Counted from the stretch's first letter, positions 17,492 to 28,562 are shown. The stretch is 40,551 nucleotides of DNA from Treponema sp. (GCA_031258115.1 JAIRNJ010000093.1:1-40551), one strand, 5' to 3'. Numbers and translations are program-made. Notes: generated by a model not told the origin, from the sequence alone.

Positions 17492-17497
17492 TTATTG

Positions 17498-17776
17498 GTG
17501 TCAAGGTCTATCAAGAAAGGTCCTTTTATTGAAAAGAGCCTTTATAAAAAAGTACTGGAAGTCAGTAAGTCCGGGGACAGGAAAATGATCAAAACCTATT
17601 CCCGCTGTTCCACAATCATTCCCGAAATGGTCGGAGGAACAATTTCTGTGTATAACGGAAAAGCCTGGGTACCGGTGTACATTACGGAAAACCTTGTTGG
17701 TCATAAGCTTGGCGAATTTTCGCCTACTCGTATCTTCCGGGGACATGCCGGTTCCGACAAGAAGGCTGGAAAGTAG
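17498..17776 (+). CDS. rpsS: 30S ribosomal protein S19
   Basis: GTG 17498 lies 6 nt after AGGAG and gives [10 protein letters not shown]... The track start TTG 17495 is less likely. Confidence 0.95.
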   Translation: MSRSIKKGPFIEKSLYKKVLEVSKSGDRKMIKTYSRCSTIIPEMVGGTISVYNGKAWVPVYITENLVGHKLGEFSPTRIFRGHAGSDKKAGK

Positions 17777-17784
17777 GATAAGTC

Positions 17785-18147
17785 ATGGAAAAGAAAAGCG
17801 GTTATAGAGCGGTAAGCAAATTCATCATTACTTCCCCCTTCAAGATCAGGCCGGTGGCGGATCTTATCCGGCGCAAGCCCTATCCGGAGGCAATGGCGAT
17901 TCTGGAAAACATGCCCCATAAGGGCGCCCGCCTGATCCGGAAAGTGGTAAAGTCCGCGGCATCCAATGCCCTGAGCGGCAACAAACAGCTTGCGGAAGAC
18001 ATGCTCTATGTAAAGAATATTCTTATTGATGAAGGCCCCAGAATGAAGCGGATTTGGTTTAGGGCGCGGGGCAGGGCGGACATGCTCCTCAAAAGACTGT
18101 GTCATATCACGGTAGTAGTAGAAGAAACCGGTAAGGTGGGGGAATAA
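17785..18147 (+). CDS. rplV: 50S ribosomal protein L22
   Basis: 120 aa in the conserved S10-operon position. Confidence 0.95.
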   Translation: MEKKSGYRAVSKFIITSPFKIRPVADLIRRKPYPEAMAILENMPHKGARLIRKVVKSAASNALSGNKQLAEDMLYVKNILIDEGPRMKRIWFRARGRADMLLKRLCHITVVVEETGKVGE

Positions 18148-18148
18148 A

Positions 18149-18895
18149 GTGGGACAGAAAGTAAATCCTATTGGATTGCGGATCGGCATTAACAAGACCT
18201 GGGGTTCCCGGTGGTATGTGGATCCCAAAGAGTATGCCAATACTCTTCATGAGGATCTCAGGCTCAGGGCATTCATCATGACCATGCCTGAAACCAAGGG
18301 CGCCGATATTGCGGAGCTGGAAATTATCCGGCATCCCCAGAGGATCACCATTACGATCCATACTTCCAGGCCCGGCGTGATCATCGGCTCCAAGGGCGCC
18401 AATATCGAAAAGATCGGTTCGGAATTGCAGAAGTATATTTCCACTCCTTCAAAGTATTCCAAGAAGGTGGAGAATGCCCCTCAAAAGAAAATTCAGATAA
18501 AGATCAAAGAAGTCCGCAATGCGGACAATAATGCCCAGATTATCGCCCAGAATATTTCCAGGCAGCTTCTGGCCCGGTCCAGTTTCAGGCGGACAATGAA
18601 GCAGGCGATCAGCAATGCCATCAAGAAGGGCAATGCCCAGGGCGTCAAGATACGGCTTTCCGGCCGCCTTGGCGGGGCGGAAATGTCGAGAACCGAAGAG
18701 ACAAAAGAGGGACGTATTCCCCTTCACACTCTCCGGGCGGATATTGATTATGGTTTTGCCGAGGCTCATACGACCTTTGGTTCCATCGGTGTAAAGGTAT
18801 GGGTCTATAACGGCATGAAGTACGGTAAGGAACAGAAGGAAGACGCAGGCGCTCTTATCCGCAAACGGCGGGATCGCGTTCCTGCGAAGGCTTAA
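18149..18895 (+). CDS. rpsC: 30S ribosomal protein S3
   Basis: GTG start, [13 protein letters not shown]..., 248 aa. Confidence 0.96.
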   Translation: MGQKVNPIGLRIGINKTWGSRWYVDPKEYANTLHEDLRLRAFIMTMPETKGADIAELEIIRHPQRITITIHTSRPGVIIGSKGANIEKIGSELQKYISTPSKYSKKVENAPQKKIQIKIKEVRNADNNAQIIAQNISRQLLARSSFRRTMKQAISNAIKKGNAQGVKIRLSGRLGGAEMSRTEETKEGRIPLHTLRADIDYGFAEAHTTFGSIGVKVWVYNGMKYGKEQKEDAGALIRKRRDRVPAKA

Positions 18896-18914
18896 GGAAA
18901 GTTGAGGTTTTAAG

Positions 18915-19340
18915 ATGCTCAGTCCGAAACGTGTTAAATACCGCAAGGTTCAACGGGGAAATATGCCGGGAAACGCAACCCGGGGTAACAGTGTGGCCTT
19001 TGGGGATTTTGCCCTGGTTGCCATGGAACGCATGTGGATCACCAACCGCCAGATAGAGGCGGCCCGTATTGCCCTGAACCGCCATATCAAGCGGGGCGGC
19101 AAGGTGTGGATCAGGATATACCCTGATAAACCCTACTCCAAGAAACCCGCGGAAACCCGCATGGGCAAGGGAAAGGGCGCGCCGGAGTACTGGGTAGCGG
19201 TTGTAAAGCCCGGTACGGTGATGTTTGAGCTGGGCGGTATTGAGAGAACCGTAGCCGAGGAGGCCATGGTTCTTGCGGGAGCCAAGCTTCCCATCAAGAC
19301 CAAATTCGTTGCCCGTTCAGACATGGAACTGGGAGCATAG
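18915..19340 (+). CDS. rplP: 50S ribosomal protein L16
   Basis: [15 protein letters not shown]..., 141 aa. Confidence 0.96.
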   Translation: MLSPKRVKYRKVQRGNMPGNATRGNSVAFGDFALVAMERMWITNRQIEAARIALNRHIKRGGKVWIRIYPDKPYSKKPAETRMGKGKGAPEYWVAVVKPGTVMFELGGIERTVAEEAMVLAGAKLPIKTKFVARSDMELGA

Positions 19341-19349
19341 GGGGCCTGC

Positions 19350-19577
19350 ATGAAGAATTCTTTCAGGAATCTGAGCTTCGCCGAGTTGAAGGCCAAGCGG
19401 GATGAACTCAGCAGGAAGTACATGGAATTCCGTTTCCAGGTAGTCATCGGCCATGTTGAAAACCCGCTTCAGAAGCGTACCCTGCGCCGCCAGATTGCAA
19501 GGCTAAATACGCTTATCCGGCAGCAGGAACTGCAGAAACATGAGCAGGATCAGGCCGTACAGAAAGAGGCCAGGTAG
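19350..19577 (+). CDS. rpmC: 50S ribosomal protein L29
   Basis: 75 aa, helical, in the conserved position between rplP and rpsQ. Confidence 0.9.
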   Translation: MKNSFRNLSFAELKAKRDELSRKYMEFRFQVVIGHVENPLQKRTLRRQIARLNTLIRQQELQKHEQDQAVQKEAR

Positions 19578-19586
19578 GAGCAGGAT

Positions 19587-19865
19587 ATGGCAGAAGCGGT
19601 AATTGAAAAGAAAGCCAAAAGCGGTAAGAAAGAGTTTGTCGGGATTGTAAAAAGCGACAAGATGGACAAGACGATAGTTGTGGCCATTGAAACAACCACC
19701 CTGCATCCTCTGTATAAAAAGTATGTAAAACGGCTCAAGAAAGTGAAGGCTCACGATGAGACCAACGATGCCAGGATTGGCGATCGTGTCCGGGTTATCG
19801 AATGCCGGCCTATCAGTAAGGAAAAATGCTGGAAGCTGGCGGAAATCCTTGAACGGGCCAAATAG
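19587..19865 (+). CDS. rpsQ: 30S ribosomal protein S17
   Basis: 92 aa, ...[14 protein letters not shown]... Confidence 0.94.
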   Translation: MAEAVIEKKAKSGKKEFVGIVKSDKMDKTIVVAIETTTLHPLYKKYVKRLKKVKAHDETNDARIGDRVRVIECRPISKEKCWKLAEILERAK

Positions 19866-19879
19866 GGAGTGAATGCAAA

Positions 19880-20251
19880 ATGATCCAGGTGGAAACCTAC
19901 CTGAATGTCGCCGACAATTCAGGGGCCAAGACTGTGCAATGTATCAAGGTGCTGGGCGGTTCCAGGAGGAAATATGCCGGCATCGGAGATATTATTGTTG
20001 TAGCGGTCAAGGATGCTCTTCCTACATCTACTATCAAGAAAGGGACGGTAGAAAAGGCAGTAGTAGTGCGTACTCATAAAGAATACCGCCGTCCCGACGG
20101 CACGTATATCCGGTTCGATGACAATGCCTGTGTCATTATTGACAGTGCATTGAATCCCAAGGGCAAGCGTATCTTCGGGCCTGTTGCACGGGAACTGCGC
20201 GAAAAAGGGAACTTTATGAAGATTGTCTCCCTGGCTCCCGAGGTTTTGTGA
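19880..20251 (+). CDS. rplN: 50S ribosomal protein L14
   Basis: [17 protein letters not shown]..., 123 aa. Confidence 0.97.
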   Translation: MIQVETYLNVADNSGAKTVQCIKVLGGSRRKYAGIGDIIVVAVKDALPTSTIKKGTVEKAVVVRTHKEYRRPDGTYIRFDDNACVIIDSALNPKGKRIFGPVARELREKGNFMKIVSLAPEVL

Positions 20252-20259
20252 GGTAAATC

Positions 20260-20586
20260 ATGGCAGAATTGAAACAGCATAAATTCAAACTGAAAAAAGA
20301 AGATACCGTCGAGGTGATCGCCGGAAAGGACAAGGGCAAGCGGGGCAGGATTCTCAAGATTCTCCGGGACAAGGACCGGATTGTGGTTGAGGGGATCAAC
20401 ATTGTCAAGAAAGCCCAGAAACGGCGGAATCAGCAGGACAGGGGAGGCATTGCCGAGATCGAAGCGGCGGTTCATTCTTCCAATTTAATGATCGTATGTA
20501 AAAAATGCGGACCCACCCGGATAGGCTATAAGTTTGAGGGGGATTCCAAGATCAGGGTCTGTAGAAAATGCGGGGAGGCCTTGTGA
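20260..20586 (+). CDS. rplX: 50S ribosomal protein L24
   Basis: 108 aa with KOW-type [18 protein letters not shown]. Confidence 0.94.
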   Translation: MAELKQHKFKLKKEDTVEVIAGKDKGKRGRILKILRDKDRIVVEGINIVKKAQKRRNQQDRGGIAEIEAAVHSSNLMIVCKKCGPTRIGYKFEGDSKIRVCRKCGEAL

Positions 20587-21137
20587 TGAAAGGTTACGAA
20601 CCGAGGCTTAAAAAGATCTACCGGGAGCAGATTGCGCCGGAGCTGTTCAAGGAATTGGGCTATTCTTCGCCGATGCAGACTCCCAGGCTGGTAAAGATCG
20701 TGGTGAACATGGGTGTGGGTAAGGCGTTGGAAAACAAAAAGCTGCTTGACGCCGCCATTGACGATCTTACCCTCATTACCGGGCAGAAAGCGGTGAAGAC
20801 AAAGGCGCGGAAGAGTATCGCTAACTTCAAAATCCGTGCCGGGCAGGAGATAGGCGCCATGGTAACCCTTCGGGGAGCTATGATGTACGAGTTCATGGAC
20901 AGACTCGTGAATGTCGCCCTTCCCCGCGTCAAGGATTTTCGGGGTATCAACCAGAACGCCTTTGACGGCCATGGGAATTACTCAATGGGTATCACGGAGC
21001 AGATCATCTTCCCGGAGATTGACTTTGACAAGATCGAGCGAGTGGCGGGATTGAATGTCGCCATTGTGACTACTGCCAAAACTGATGCAGAGGCCAAGGC
21101 CTTCCTGAGCAAGTTTGGTATGCCGTTTAGAAAGTAA
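20586..21137 (+). CDS. rplE: 50S ribosomal protein L5
   Basis: ATG 20586 overlaps the rplX stop (TGATG). [14 protein letters not shown]... Confidence 0.95.
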   Translation: MKGYEPRLKKIYREQIAPELFKELGYSSPMQTPRLVKIVVNMGVGKALENKKLLDAAIDDLTLITGQKAVKTKARKSIANFKIRAGQEIGAMVTLRGAMMYEFMDRLVNVALPRVKDFRGINQNAFDGHGNYSMGITEQIIFPEIDFDKIERVAGLNVAIVTTAKTDAEAKAFLSKFGMPFRK

Positions 21138-21148
21138 AGAGGAGTATT

Positions 21149-21334
21149 ATGGCAAGAAAAGCAATGATCATTAAAGCCTTAAGGACGCCCAAATATAAAA
21201 CGAGAAAGGTGAACCGCTGCAGGATCTGCGGCCGCCCCAGGGGATATCTTCGGAAGTATCAGATGTGCCGTCTTTGCTTCCGCAAGCTTGCGAGCGAGGG
21301 ACTCATTCCCGGTGTTACAAAATCAAGTTGGTAA
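21149..21334 (+). CDS. rpsN: 30S ribosomal protein S14, short zinc-binding (type Z) form
   Basis: 61 aa, [22 protein letters not shown]. Confidence 0.95.
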   Translation: MARKAMIIKALRTPKYKTRKVNRCRICGRPRGYLRKYQMCRLCFRKLASEGLIPGVTKSSW

Positions 21335-21349
21335 GGGAGGAGAAAAAGT

Positions 21350-21748
21350 ATGAGCATTTCTGATCCCGTGGCTGACATGCTGACAAAGATCCGGAACGCC
21401 GGAATGGCCAAGCATGAAAAGGTTGATATCCCTACTTCCCGGCTGAAGCTTGAAATTGTGAAAATATTGAAGACCGAAGGGTATATCAAGAACTTCAAGA
21501 AGGCGAACCAGGACGGCGCCAATGTGATCCGGGTTTTCCTTAAATATGATGAAGAAACGGTTCCGATTATTCACGGAATTGAACGGGTAAGTAAGCCCGG
21601 ACGCCGGGTCTATGCGGGGTATAAAAATATGCCCAGGGTATATAACGGGTACGGCACCCTGATTGTGTCTACATCGATTGGGGTTACTACCGGGAAAAAG
21701 GCCGCCGAGAAGAAAGTCGGTGGAGAAGTCCTGTGTACTGTCTGGTGA
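21350..21748 (+). CDS. rpsH: 30S ribosomal protein S8
   Basis: [17 protein letters not shown]..., 132 aa. Confidence 0.96.
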   Translation: MSISDPVADMLTKIRNAGMAKHEKVDIPTSRLKLEIVKILKTEGYIKNFKKANQDGANVIRVFLKYDEETVPIIHGIERVSKPGRRVYAGYKNMPRVYNGYGTLIVSTSIGVTTGKKAAEKKVGGEVLCTVW

Positions 21749-21758
21749 GAGGAAGCGT

Positions 21759-22298
21759 ATGTCACGTATCGGTAAAATTCCGGTGAAGGTTCCCAAGGGG
21801 GTAAAGGTCACGTTTTCAGGCGATCTTATCACCGTTGAAGGCCCCAAGGGAAAACTAAGCCAAAAGTATCATCCGGTTATCAAGTTTGAAGACAAAGGCG
21901 AAGAGATCATTGTCAGCAGGGAAAACGAGGAAAAGCAGACTGTGGCCTTCCATGGGCTTTACCGGAATCTCCTCAACAACATGGTTGTCGGCGTGTCTTC
22001 GGGTTTCACCAAGACGCTGATCATCACCGGCGTCGGTTACCGTGCCGAAGTTCAGGGGAAGCTTCTTTCCATGAGCCTGGGTTATTCCAGCGATATCTAT
22101 GTAGGCATTCCCGATGACCTCTCCGTCACTGCCGACGCTTCGGGCAAGGTATCGATAAGCGGATCGGACAAGCAGAGGGTGGGGGAATTTGCCGCCCAGA
22201 TTAGGAAGCTCCGGCTTCCCGAACCCTATAAGGGCAAGGGTATCCGGTATGATAATGAGAAGATCCGGCGTAAGGTCGGTAAATCAGGCGTCAAATGA
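21759..22298 (+). CDS. rplF: 50S ribosomal protein L6
   Basis: ATG 21759 follows [22 protein letters not shown]... Confidence 0.95.
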   Translation: MSRIGKIPVKVPKGVKVTFSGDLITVEGPKGKLSQKYHPVIKFEDKGEEIIVSRENEEKQTVAFHGLYRNLLNNMVVGVSSGFTKTLIITGVGYRAEVQGKLLSMSLGYSSDIYVGIPDDLSVTADASGKVSISGSDKQRVGEFAAQIRKLRLPEPYKGKGIRYDNEKIRRKVGKSGVK

Positions 22299-22335
22299 TA
22301 GAGTCGTACAGACGGTTGTTGCGGGAGATACATTA

Positions 22336-22698
22336 ATGCTGCGGAAAATGCTCGATAAAGACAGAAAACGGTTTAAGCGGAAGGTGCATATCCGGAAGAA
22401 GATTGCCGGTACCGCGGAAAAGCCGCGGATGACGGTAACGAGGAGCAATAAGTCGCTCTATATTCAGGTTATTGATGATGCCAGGGGCCATACCCTTGCT
22501 TCGGCTTCTACCCTGGAGAAAGAACTCCGGACTATCAAGGCAAATACCGAAGGGGCCGGGCAGTTGGGCGAAATTATGGGAAAACGGCTGCTTGAAAAAA
22601 ACATCAAAACCGTTGTTTTCGACAGGAATGGTTATCTATATCACGGCATCGTAAAAGCGTTGGCCGACGGGGCCCGGAAAGCCGGGATCCAGTTCTAG
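22336..22698 (+). CDS. rplR: 50S ribosomal protein L18
   Basis: ATG 22336 follows GGGAGA. ...[29 protein letters not shown]... Confidence 0.93.
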   Translation: MLRKMLDKDRKRFKRKVHIRKKIAGTAEKPRMTVTRSNKSLYIQVIDDARGHTLASASTLEKELRTIKANTEGAGQLGEIMGKRLLEKNIKTVVFDRNGYLYHGIVKALADGARKAGIQF

Positions 22699-22706
22699 GA
22701 GGCGGA

Positions 22707-23243
22707 ATGGAACATTCAAAAGACAGGGAAGGCCGGGGCCGTGACAGGGATCGGGACGGAGCGGAAAAAGAATTTATCGAAAAGCTGGTCAAGCTCAACA
22801 GGACTGCCAAGGTCGTCAAGGGCGGACGCCGTTTTTCGTTTTCCGCACTGACGGTTATTGGAGACCGGAAAGGGAATGTAGGCTTCGGCTTCGGCAAGGC
22901 CAACGATGTGTCCGAAGCGATCCGCAAGAGCGTTGAAAAAGCCAAGCGGCATATGGTGGCTCTGCCGGTAAAGAATGGTACCATTCCCCATGAGATCATC
23001 GGAATTTTCAAGGCTTCCCGTGTTCTCCTCAAGCCCGCATGTTCCGGAACAGGGATCATTGCCGGCGGCGCGGTACGGGCAATCATGGAGGCCGGCGGCG
23101 TGACGGATGTACTGTCCAAATCTATCGGCGCATCCAGCCAGTACAATGTGGTCAAGGCAACTTTTAATTGCATCAGCAGGATGATGGATGCCAAGACGGT
23201 AGCAAAGAACCGGGGGAAATCCCTTAACGAGATGTGGGGTTAA
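22707..23243 (+). CDS. rpsE: 30S ribosomal protein S5
   Basis: 178 aa, ...[24 protein letters not shown]... Confidence 0.96.
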   Translation: MEHSKDREGRGRDRDRDGAEKEFIEKLVKLNRTAKVVKGGRRFSFSALTVIGDRKGNVGFGFGKANDVSEAIRKSVEKAKRHMVALPVKNGTIPHEIIGIFKASRVLLKPACSGTGIIAGGAVRAIMEAGGVTDVLSKSIGASSQYNVVKATFNCISRMMDAKTVAKNRGKSLNEMWG

Positions 23244-23245
23244 CG

Positions 23246-23431
23246 ATGGCAGGACAAATTCGGGTTCGTCTGGTACGGAGTACCATCGGATGCCTCCCCA
23301 AACAGCGGGCTACGGTCCGTTCTCTGGGACTCCGTAAGATTGGTTCCTCCGCGGTGCAGGAAGCCAGCCCTTCCATTCTGGGTATGATCAAGGTCGTTTC
23401 CCACCTGGTTTCGGTGGAGGAGTTATTATAA
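23246..23431 (+). CDS. rpmD: 50S ribosomal protein L30
   Basis: ATG 23246 lies just after the rpsE stop. MAGQIRVRLVRSTIG... Confidence 0.92.
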   Translation: MAGQIRVRLVRSTIGCLPKQRATVRSLGLRKIGSSAVQEASPSILGMIKVVSHLVSVEELL

Positions 23432-23892
23432 TGCACGATTTTGATTTACATGCCCCCGAAGGGGCCAATAAAAAGAAGCGTATCATCGGCCGGGGAGCCG
23501 GTTCAGGCCGGGGTACTACTGCCGGCAAGGGAAACAAGGGCCAGAAGGCCCGTTCCGGCGGCAAGACCTACGTGGGTTTTGAAGGCGGGCAGATGCCCCT
23601 ATACCGGCGTTTGGCTCAGCGGGGATTTTCAAACTATCCTTTCAGGAAGGAATATCAGATAGTAAATCTTGGTGAAATTGATAGTCACTATGAGGCTTCC
23701 GAAGCGGTAGATAACGCTTCCCTTATCCGTAAGGGTCTGGTAAAGAAAGCGGGACTCGTGAAGATTCTGGGAAAGGGGGAGATAGGCAAGGCTCTTTCCT
23801 TTAAGGTAGCGGCTGTTTCCGCTTCGGCAAAAGAGAAGATCGAAAAGGCCGGAGGCAGCGTAATCCGGACGGAAACTCCGGAAAAGAAATAG
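23431..23892 (+). CDS. rplO: 50S ribosomal protein L15
   Basis: The ATG overlaps the rpmD stop (TAATG). 153 aa with a Gly/Lys-rich N-terminus. Confidence 0.94.
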   Translation: MHDFDLHAPEGANKKKRIIGRGAGSGRGTTAGKGNKGQKARSGGKTYVGFEGGQMPLYRRLAQRGFSNYPFRKEYQIVNLGEIDSHYEASEAVDNASLIRKGLVKKAGLVKILGKGEIGKALSFKVAAVSASAKEKIEKAGGSVIRTETPEKK

Positions 23893-23963
23893 ATGAGGAT
23901 GCTGCGTTCCTCCGGGTCGCGGGCTTAAAAATTTGCTTATATGCCGCAAGGAGCGGTTTGTGC

Positions 23964-25292
23964 ATGGCTAATCCACTGGTTGGTATTTTCAGGGTAAAAG
24001 AACTCAGGGAGCGGATCATTTTTACTGCTCTTATGCTGGTCGTGTTCCGTGTCGGGGCGGTGCTCCCCATTCCGGGGATCAATGTCCGCGAACTTTCCGC
24101 ATATTTCCTTTCCCAGCAGAATTCGGGGAACCCCATTGTCGATTACCTTGACTTCTTTGCAGGCGGCGCTTTTTCCAACTTTTCGGTTTTCATGCTGGGA
24201 ATCATGCCGTATATCAGCATGTCGATCATCATGCAGCTTCTTCTCATCGTTTTCCCCAAGCTGAAGAAGATCTCCCAGGAGGACGGGGGCCGCAAGAAGA
24301 TTCAGGGCTACCAGCGTATCGGTACGGTGGCGGTTTGTCTTATCCAGTCTTTTGCCGTGACCCAGTATGCCCAGAGTATCAGCCGGAGCGTGGATAACCT
24401 GCTCAGTATCGGTATAGTGGCTTTTACCATCATCGCCATGTTGACGGTAACCACCGGGACGATGTTCCTCATGTGGATAGGGGAACAGATTACCAAACGG
24501 GGCATCGGTAACGGCATCAGCCTCCTGATCTTTGCAGGTATCGTGGCCCGTCTTCCCCAGGCGGTCTGGGAACTGGTAGGCAGGGTACGGAACGGCGATC
24601 TGAACCTTGTTTTTGTTATTGTTGTGTGTATCATGTTTGTGGCTGTAGTGGCCCTGGTTGTCTTTGAACAGCAGGGGCAGCGGAAAATTCCTGTAAATTA
24701 TGCCAAGCGGGTGGTGGGCCGGAGGATGTACGGGGCCCAGAACACCTACATCCCCTTCAAGATCAATCCTTCCGGGGTTATACCTGTTATTTTTGCCTCT
24801 TCGATCCTCACCTTCCCCCTGCAGATTGCCTCTACAATCGGGGGTAACATCCCCTGGCTCAATACGGTTTCCCGTGTTTTGAGCCCCCGGGGAGCCTTGT
24901 ACAATGTACTTTATGTGCTTCTTATCATCTTCTTCGCGTATTTTTACACCCAGGTGAGCCTCAACCCCATTGAAATTGCCAAAAATATCAGGGAAAACGG
25001 CGGTTCCATCCCGGGGATCAGGAGTGAGAAGATTGAGGAATATTTGACCAGGATCCTTAACCGCATCGTACTGCCCGGTTCCCTCTACCTGGCCTTGATT
25101 GCGGTTATCCCGACTTTTATCCAGTGGGCCTTCAACTTCCCGTCTTCCATCTCTTATTTGATGGGCGGCACCTCGCTTCTCATCCTGGTGGGCGTGGATC
25201 TGGATACCATGAGCCAGGTGGAGGGCCTCCTCAAGATGCATCACCACGAAGGCTTGACAAAGAGGGGCAGGCTGAAGGGCCGGAATTTGTAG
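23964..25292 (+). CDS. secY: Preprotein translocase subunit SecY
   Basis: 10-TM protein in the conserved position. AAGGAG 23948-23953 precedes ATG 23964; the track start TTG 23958 is an alternative. Confidence 0.95.
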   Translation: MANPLVGIFRVKELRERIIFTALMLVVFRVGAVLPIPGINVRELSAYFLSQQNSGNPIVDYLDFFAGGAFSNFSVFMLGIMPYISMSIIMQLLLIVFPKLKKISQEDGGRKKIQGYQRIGTVAVCLIQSFAVTQYAQSISRSVDNLLSIGIVAFTIIAMLTVTTGTMFLMWIGEQITKRGIGNGISLLIFAGIVARLPQAVWELVGRVRNGDLNLVFVIVVCIMFVAVVALVVFEQQGQRKIPVNYAKRVVGRRMYGAQNTYIPFKINPSGVIPVIFASSILTFPLQIASTIGGNIPWLNTVSRVLSPRGALYNVLYVLLIIFFAYFYTQVSLNPIEIAKNIRENGGSIPGIRSEKIEEYLTRILNRIVLPGSLYLALIAVIPTFIQWAFNFPSSISYLMGGTSLLILVGVDLDTMSQVEGLLKMHHHEGLTKRGRLKGRNL

Positions 25293-25293
25293 A

Positions 25294-25322
25294 TTGACGA
25301 AGTGCAACAAATTCGTTTTAAT
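25294..25322 (+). promoter_or_regulatory. Possible internal promoter ahead of rpmJ-rpsM
   Basis: TTGACG 25294-25299, 17-nt spacer, TTTAAT 25317-25322. Confidence 0.35.
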
Positions 25323-25366
25323 GAAATTTCGTCTTTTTCGACGATAAAATGTTCAAGGAGCAAGGG

Positions 25367-25480
25367 ATGAAAGTCCGTACCAGTGTAAAACCGATTTGCG
25401 ACAAATGTAAGGTGATCAAGCGGAATGGCATAATCCGTATTATCTGCCAGAATCCTAAGCATAAACAGAAGCAGGGGTAA
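25367..25480 (+). CDS. rpmJ: 50S ribosomal protein L36 (not in the ORF track; 37 aa)
   Basis: AAGGAG 25355-25360 precedes ATG 25367. Translates to [37 protein letters not shown]. Confidence 0.93.
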   Translation: MKVRTSVKPICDKCKVIKRNGIIRIICQNPKHKQKQG

Positions 25481-25486
25481 GAGAAT

Positions 25487-25852
25487 ATGGCTCGTCTTGT
25501 AGGAATTGACCTTCCGAATAAGCATGTAAATATAGCCTTGACCTATATTTATGGGATTGGCAGATCCAGCGCCGATGAGATCTGCGCAAAGACAAAGATC
25601 GATCCGGTGAGGCTGATCAACGATCTTTCACAGGAAGAACTTAATGAGCTGAGGAATATTATCGAAGGGGATTACAAGGTTGAAGGACGGCTTCGTACCG
25701 AAATTGCCCTGAATATCAAGCGGCTCATGGATATCGGCTGTTACCGGGGGCTGAGGCACCGCAAGGGTCTGCCTTTGAGGGGGCAGCGAACCAGAACCAA
25801 TGCCCGCACCCGGAAGGGCAAGAAGAAGACGGTAGCCGGGAAGAAGAAGTAG
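25487..25852 (+). CDS. rpsM: 30S ribosomal protein S13
   Basis: [14 protein letters not shown]..., 121 aa. Confidence 0.96.
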   Translation: MARLVGIDLPNKHVNIALTYIYGIGRSSADEICAKTKIDPVRLINDLSQEELNELRNIIEGDYKVEGRLRTEIALNIKRLMDIGCYRGLRHRKGLPLRGQRTRTNARTRKGKKKTVAGKKK

Positions 25853-25861
25853 GGGGAATAC

Positions 25862-26245
25862 GTGGCTGGTAATACGAAGAAGCGCAAGGAAAAAAAGTCT
25901 GTTTATGAAGGAAACGTGTATATCCAGGCAACCTTCAATAATACGATTGTAACCATCACCGATCTCATGGGGAACGCCGTTTCCTGGGCCAGTTCCGGCC
26001 AGCTCAGCTTCCGCGGGGCCAAGAAATCGACGCCCTTTGCCGCGCAGTCGGTCACCGAAACCGCGGCGCAGAAGGCTATGCAGGTGGGGCTGCGGGAAGT
26101 TCATGTGTATGTTAAAGGGCCCGGCATCGGCCGTGAGTCGGCTATCCGTCAACTGGGCGCTCTGGGTATCAAGGTAAAGTCAATAAACGACGTAACTCCG
26201 ATACCCCATAACGGCTGCAGGCCGCGGAAAACCCGCCGCATATAG
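25862..26245 (+). CDS. rpsK: 30S ribosomal protein S11
   Basis: GTG start, 127 aa, ...[18 protein letters not shown]... Confidence 0.95.
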   Translation: MAGNTKKRKEKKSVYEGNVYIQATFNNTIVTITDLMGNAVSWASSGQLSFRGAKKSTPFAAQSVTETAAQKAMQVGLREVHVYVKGPGIGRESAIRQLGALGIKVKSINDVTPIPHNGCRPRKTRRI

Positions 26246-26276
26246 CGGTATTGTACAGTAAGGGGAGAATGAATAT

Positions 26277-26912
26277 ATGGCACGTTATACCGGACCGGTT
26301 TGCCGTTTATGCCGGGCTGAGCAGAAAAAGTTGATGCTGAAAGGGGATCGCTGTAAGAGCGATAAGTGCCCCATCAACAAGAAACGCCCCGCGCCGGGAA
26401 AAGATCCCAAGGGACGGGCAGGCAAGCGTTCCGATTACGGTATGCAGCTCCGCGAGAAGCAGAAGCTTCGGAGGATCTACGGCATGCAGGAAAAGCAGTT
26501 TAGCCTTTTCTTTGAACGGGCGCTCCGGATGACCGGTATTACCGGTGAAAATTTGTTTGTAATGCTGGAAAAGCGGCTTGATAATGTGGTTTACCGTCTC
26601 CGCTTTGCGTCCAGCAGGAGTCAGGCCAGACAGCTCGTTCTTCACGGTCATGTGTCGGTGAACGGTAAGCGGGTAACGATACCTTCCTATCTGGTACGGC
26701 CCGAGGATGAGATCGCCATTGCCGGGAAGAGCAAAAACATGGTGATAATCAAAGATGCGCTCAAGGAATTCGGCAAGTCCGGGGTTATGCCCTGGCTTCA
26801 GCTTGATCCTGACGGTATGAAAGGAAAGTTCCTTGTTTCTCCGCGCCGCAGTGATATTACAGATTTGGCGGATATTAAGGAACAGATGATTGTTGAGTTC
26901 TACTCTAAATAG
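26277..26912 (+). CDS. rpsD: 30S ribosomal protein S4
   Basis: MARYTGPVCRLCRAEQKKLMLKGDRC..., 211 aa with an S4 RNA-binding domain. Confidence 0.96.
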   Translation: MARYTGPVCRLCRAEQKKLMLKGDRCKSDKCPINKKRPAPGKDPKGRAGKRSDYGMQLREKQKLRRIYGMQEKQFSLFFERALRMTGITGENLFVMLEKRLDNVVYRLRFASSRSQARQLVLHGHVSVNGKRVTIPSYLVRPEDEIAIAGKSKNMVIIKDALKEFGKSGVMPWLQLDPDGMKGKFLVSPRRSDITDLADIKEQMIVEFYSK

Positions 26913-26913
26913 T

Positions 26914-26947
26914 GTCTGTCTATAATGTAGACACATTATAGACAGAC
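26914..26947 (+). promoter_or_regulatory. Perfect 15-bp stem-loop immediately after the rpsD stop
   Basis: GTCTGTCTATAATGT 26914-26928, loop AGAC, ACATTATAGACAGAC 26933-26947. No U-run. An alternative 10-nt partner, GACAGACACT, lies at 27024-27033. Confidence 0.55.
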
Positions 26948-27055
26948 TACCTTAAAAACCGCATTTTCGCAGCCTAAAGGTTAAGAAAATGCAAGGTCTG
27001 GCCGCAAAGTAACCGACTTTGTGGACAGACACTAAATAATTAAGAAGGAGTATTC

Positions 27056-28111
27056 ATGGCCCGTAAGAACCTCCTGAAAGGATTTAAGCGACCAGGCGGC
27101 ATTACATTCAACCATAGTGAATTAAAACCGAACTACTGTAAATTTTTTGCGGCTCCCTTTGAACCGGGATACGGTACAACAATAGGCAATACGCTGCGCA
27201 GGGTTCTTCTTTCTTCAATCCAGGGTTATGCAATCACAGGAATAAAGATAACTTCCTATGATGCAGACGGGAATGCTCACAATATTTCCAGTGAGTTTGA
27301 AACCATTCCCAATATCGTGGAAGACACACTTGAAGTCATCAATAATTTGAAGAAGATACGGCTCAAGCTTGCCGAGGATCAGGATCAGCTCACCGTGATG
27401 TATGAATGGTCGGGCAAGCGTGAACTAAAGAGCGACGATTTTGCAAAGCCGGGCCAGGTAGAGGTTTTTAGTACCGGTCAGCACATCATGACCCTGATGG
27501 ATAACGCAAAATTGGATTTTGAGGTTCAGATAGATCTGGGCCGCGGCTATGTTCCTTCAGAGTCAAATGAGAAGTACATCGAAGAGCTTAACACCATCCC
27601 CATGGACGCCATCTTTTCTCCGGTAAAGAAGGTGAAGTTTGCCGTGGAGCCCACCCGGGTAGGTCAGCGAAGCGATTATGACAAGCTGGTGCTTGAGGTG
27701 TGGACCGACGGCACGGTAAGGCCCGATGACGCACTGGCGGAGGCTGCAAAGATCGCAAAGGATCATTTTTCGGTATTTATCAACTTCAAGGAAAATGAGT
27801 ATGCCGAAGATGACGGCAATGAGGATATGGATGAAACCATCCGCCGGATTCTTAACATGCCGGTGGAAGAACTGGAGCTTTCAGTCCGTTCTTCCAACTG
27901 TCTCAAGAATGCAAACATAAAAACCATCGGTGAACTTACGCGGAAAACCGAGGACGATATCGCAAAAACCCGTAATTTCGGCAAGAAATCCCTTCAGGAG
28001 ATAAAGGAGAAACTGCTGGAGTGGAATTTAAGTTTGGGGATAACCGATTACAGCGCTCTGCGGAATGTAGTCAAGAGTACGCCCCAAAAGGAAGTAGAAG
28101 ATGAAGCATAG
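27056..28111 (+). CDS. rpoA: DNA-directed RNA polymerase subunit alpha
   Basis: 351 aa with N-terminal assembly domain and C-terminal [21 protein letters not shown] (alpha-CTD HhH). Confidence 0.97.
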   Translation: MARKNLLKGFKRPGGITFNHSELKPNYCKFFAAPFEPGYGTTIGNTLRRVLLSSIQGYAITGIKITSYDADGNAHNISSEFETIPNIVEDTLEVINNLKKIRLKLAEDQDQLTVMYEWSGKRELKSDDFAKPGQVEVFSTGQHIMTLMDNAKLDFEVQIDLGRGYVPSESNEKYIEELNTIPMDAIFSPVKKVKFAVEPTRVGQRSDYDKLVLEVWTDGTVRPDDALAEAAKIAKDHFSVFINFKENEYAEDDGNEDMDETIRRILNMPVEELELSVRSSNCLKNANIKTIGELTRKTEDDIAKTRNFGKKSLQEIKEKLLEWNLSLGITDYSALRNVVKSTPQKEVEDEA

Positions 28112-28562
28112 AAACGGCTTTAATCCCCTCGACAGGGATCAGGCCCACAGAAAGGCGTTGAAACGCAGCATGGTGACGAGCCTGTTCCGGCATGAACGGA
28201 TACGGACTACCAAGGCCAAGGCTTTGGAGATCAGGCGGGCCGCGGAAAAACTTATTACCAGGGCAAAAGTGGATTCGGTTCATAACCGGCGTATTGTTTC
28301 CGCCCGGCTTTTTGATGAAGGTATCGTTGCAAAACTTTTTAATGATATTGCCAAGAGGATGCAGGAAAGAAAGGGCGGCTATACCCGGATCATCAAACTG
28401 GGTGAACGTTATGGAGACGCCGCGGAAGTGGTGATCCTTGAATTGGTGGATTACAAGTTTGACACCGGTGACAAGCCGGACAGGAAGGAAAAGAAAGCCG
28501 ATAAGCCTGAAAAGAAGAGCAAAACGAAATCTGATAAAGCCAAAGTAAAGGCTGCGGAGTAA
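28101..28562 (+). CDS. rplQ: 50S ribosomal protein L17, with a Lys-rich C-terminal tail
   Basis: [20 protein letters not shown]... Overlaps rpoA by 11 nt. Tail is [30 protein letters not shown]. Confidence 0.94.
   Translation: MKHRNGFNPLDRDQAHRKALKRSMVTSLFRHERIRTTKAKALEIRRAAEKLITRAKVDSVHNRRIVSARLFDEGIVAKLFNDIAKRMQERKGGYTRIIKLGERYGDAAEVVILELVDYKFDTGDKPDRKEKKADKPEKKSKTKSDKAKVKAAE

Noticed and set aside
23937-25310. 457-aa minus-strand ORF
   Set aside because: It is antisense to secY. The secY frame has unmistakable homology and operon context, whereas this frame has none.
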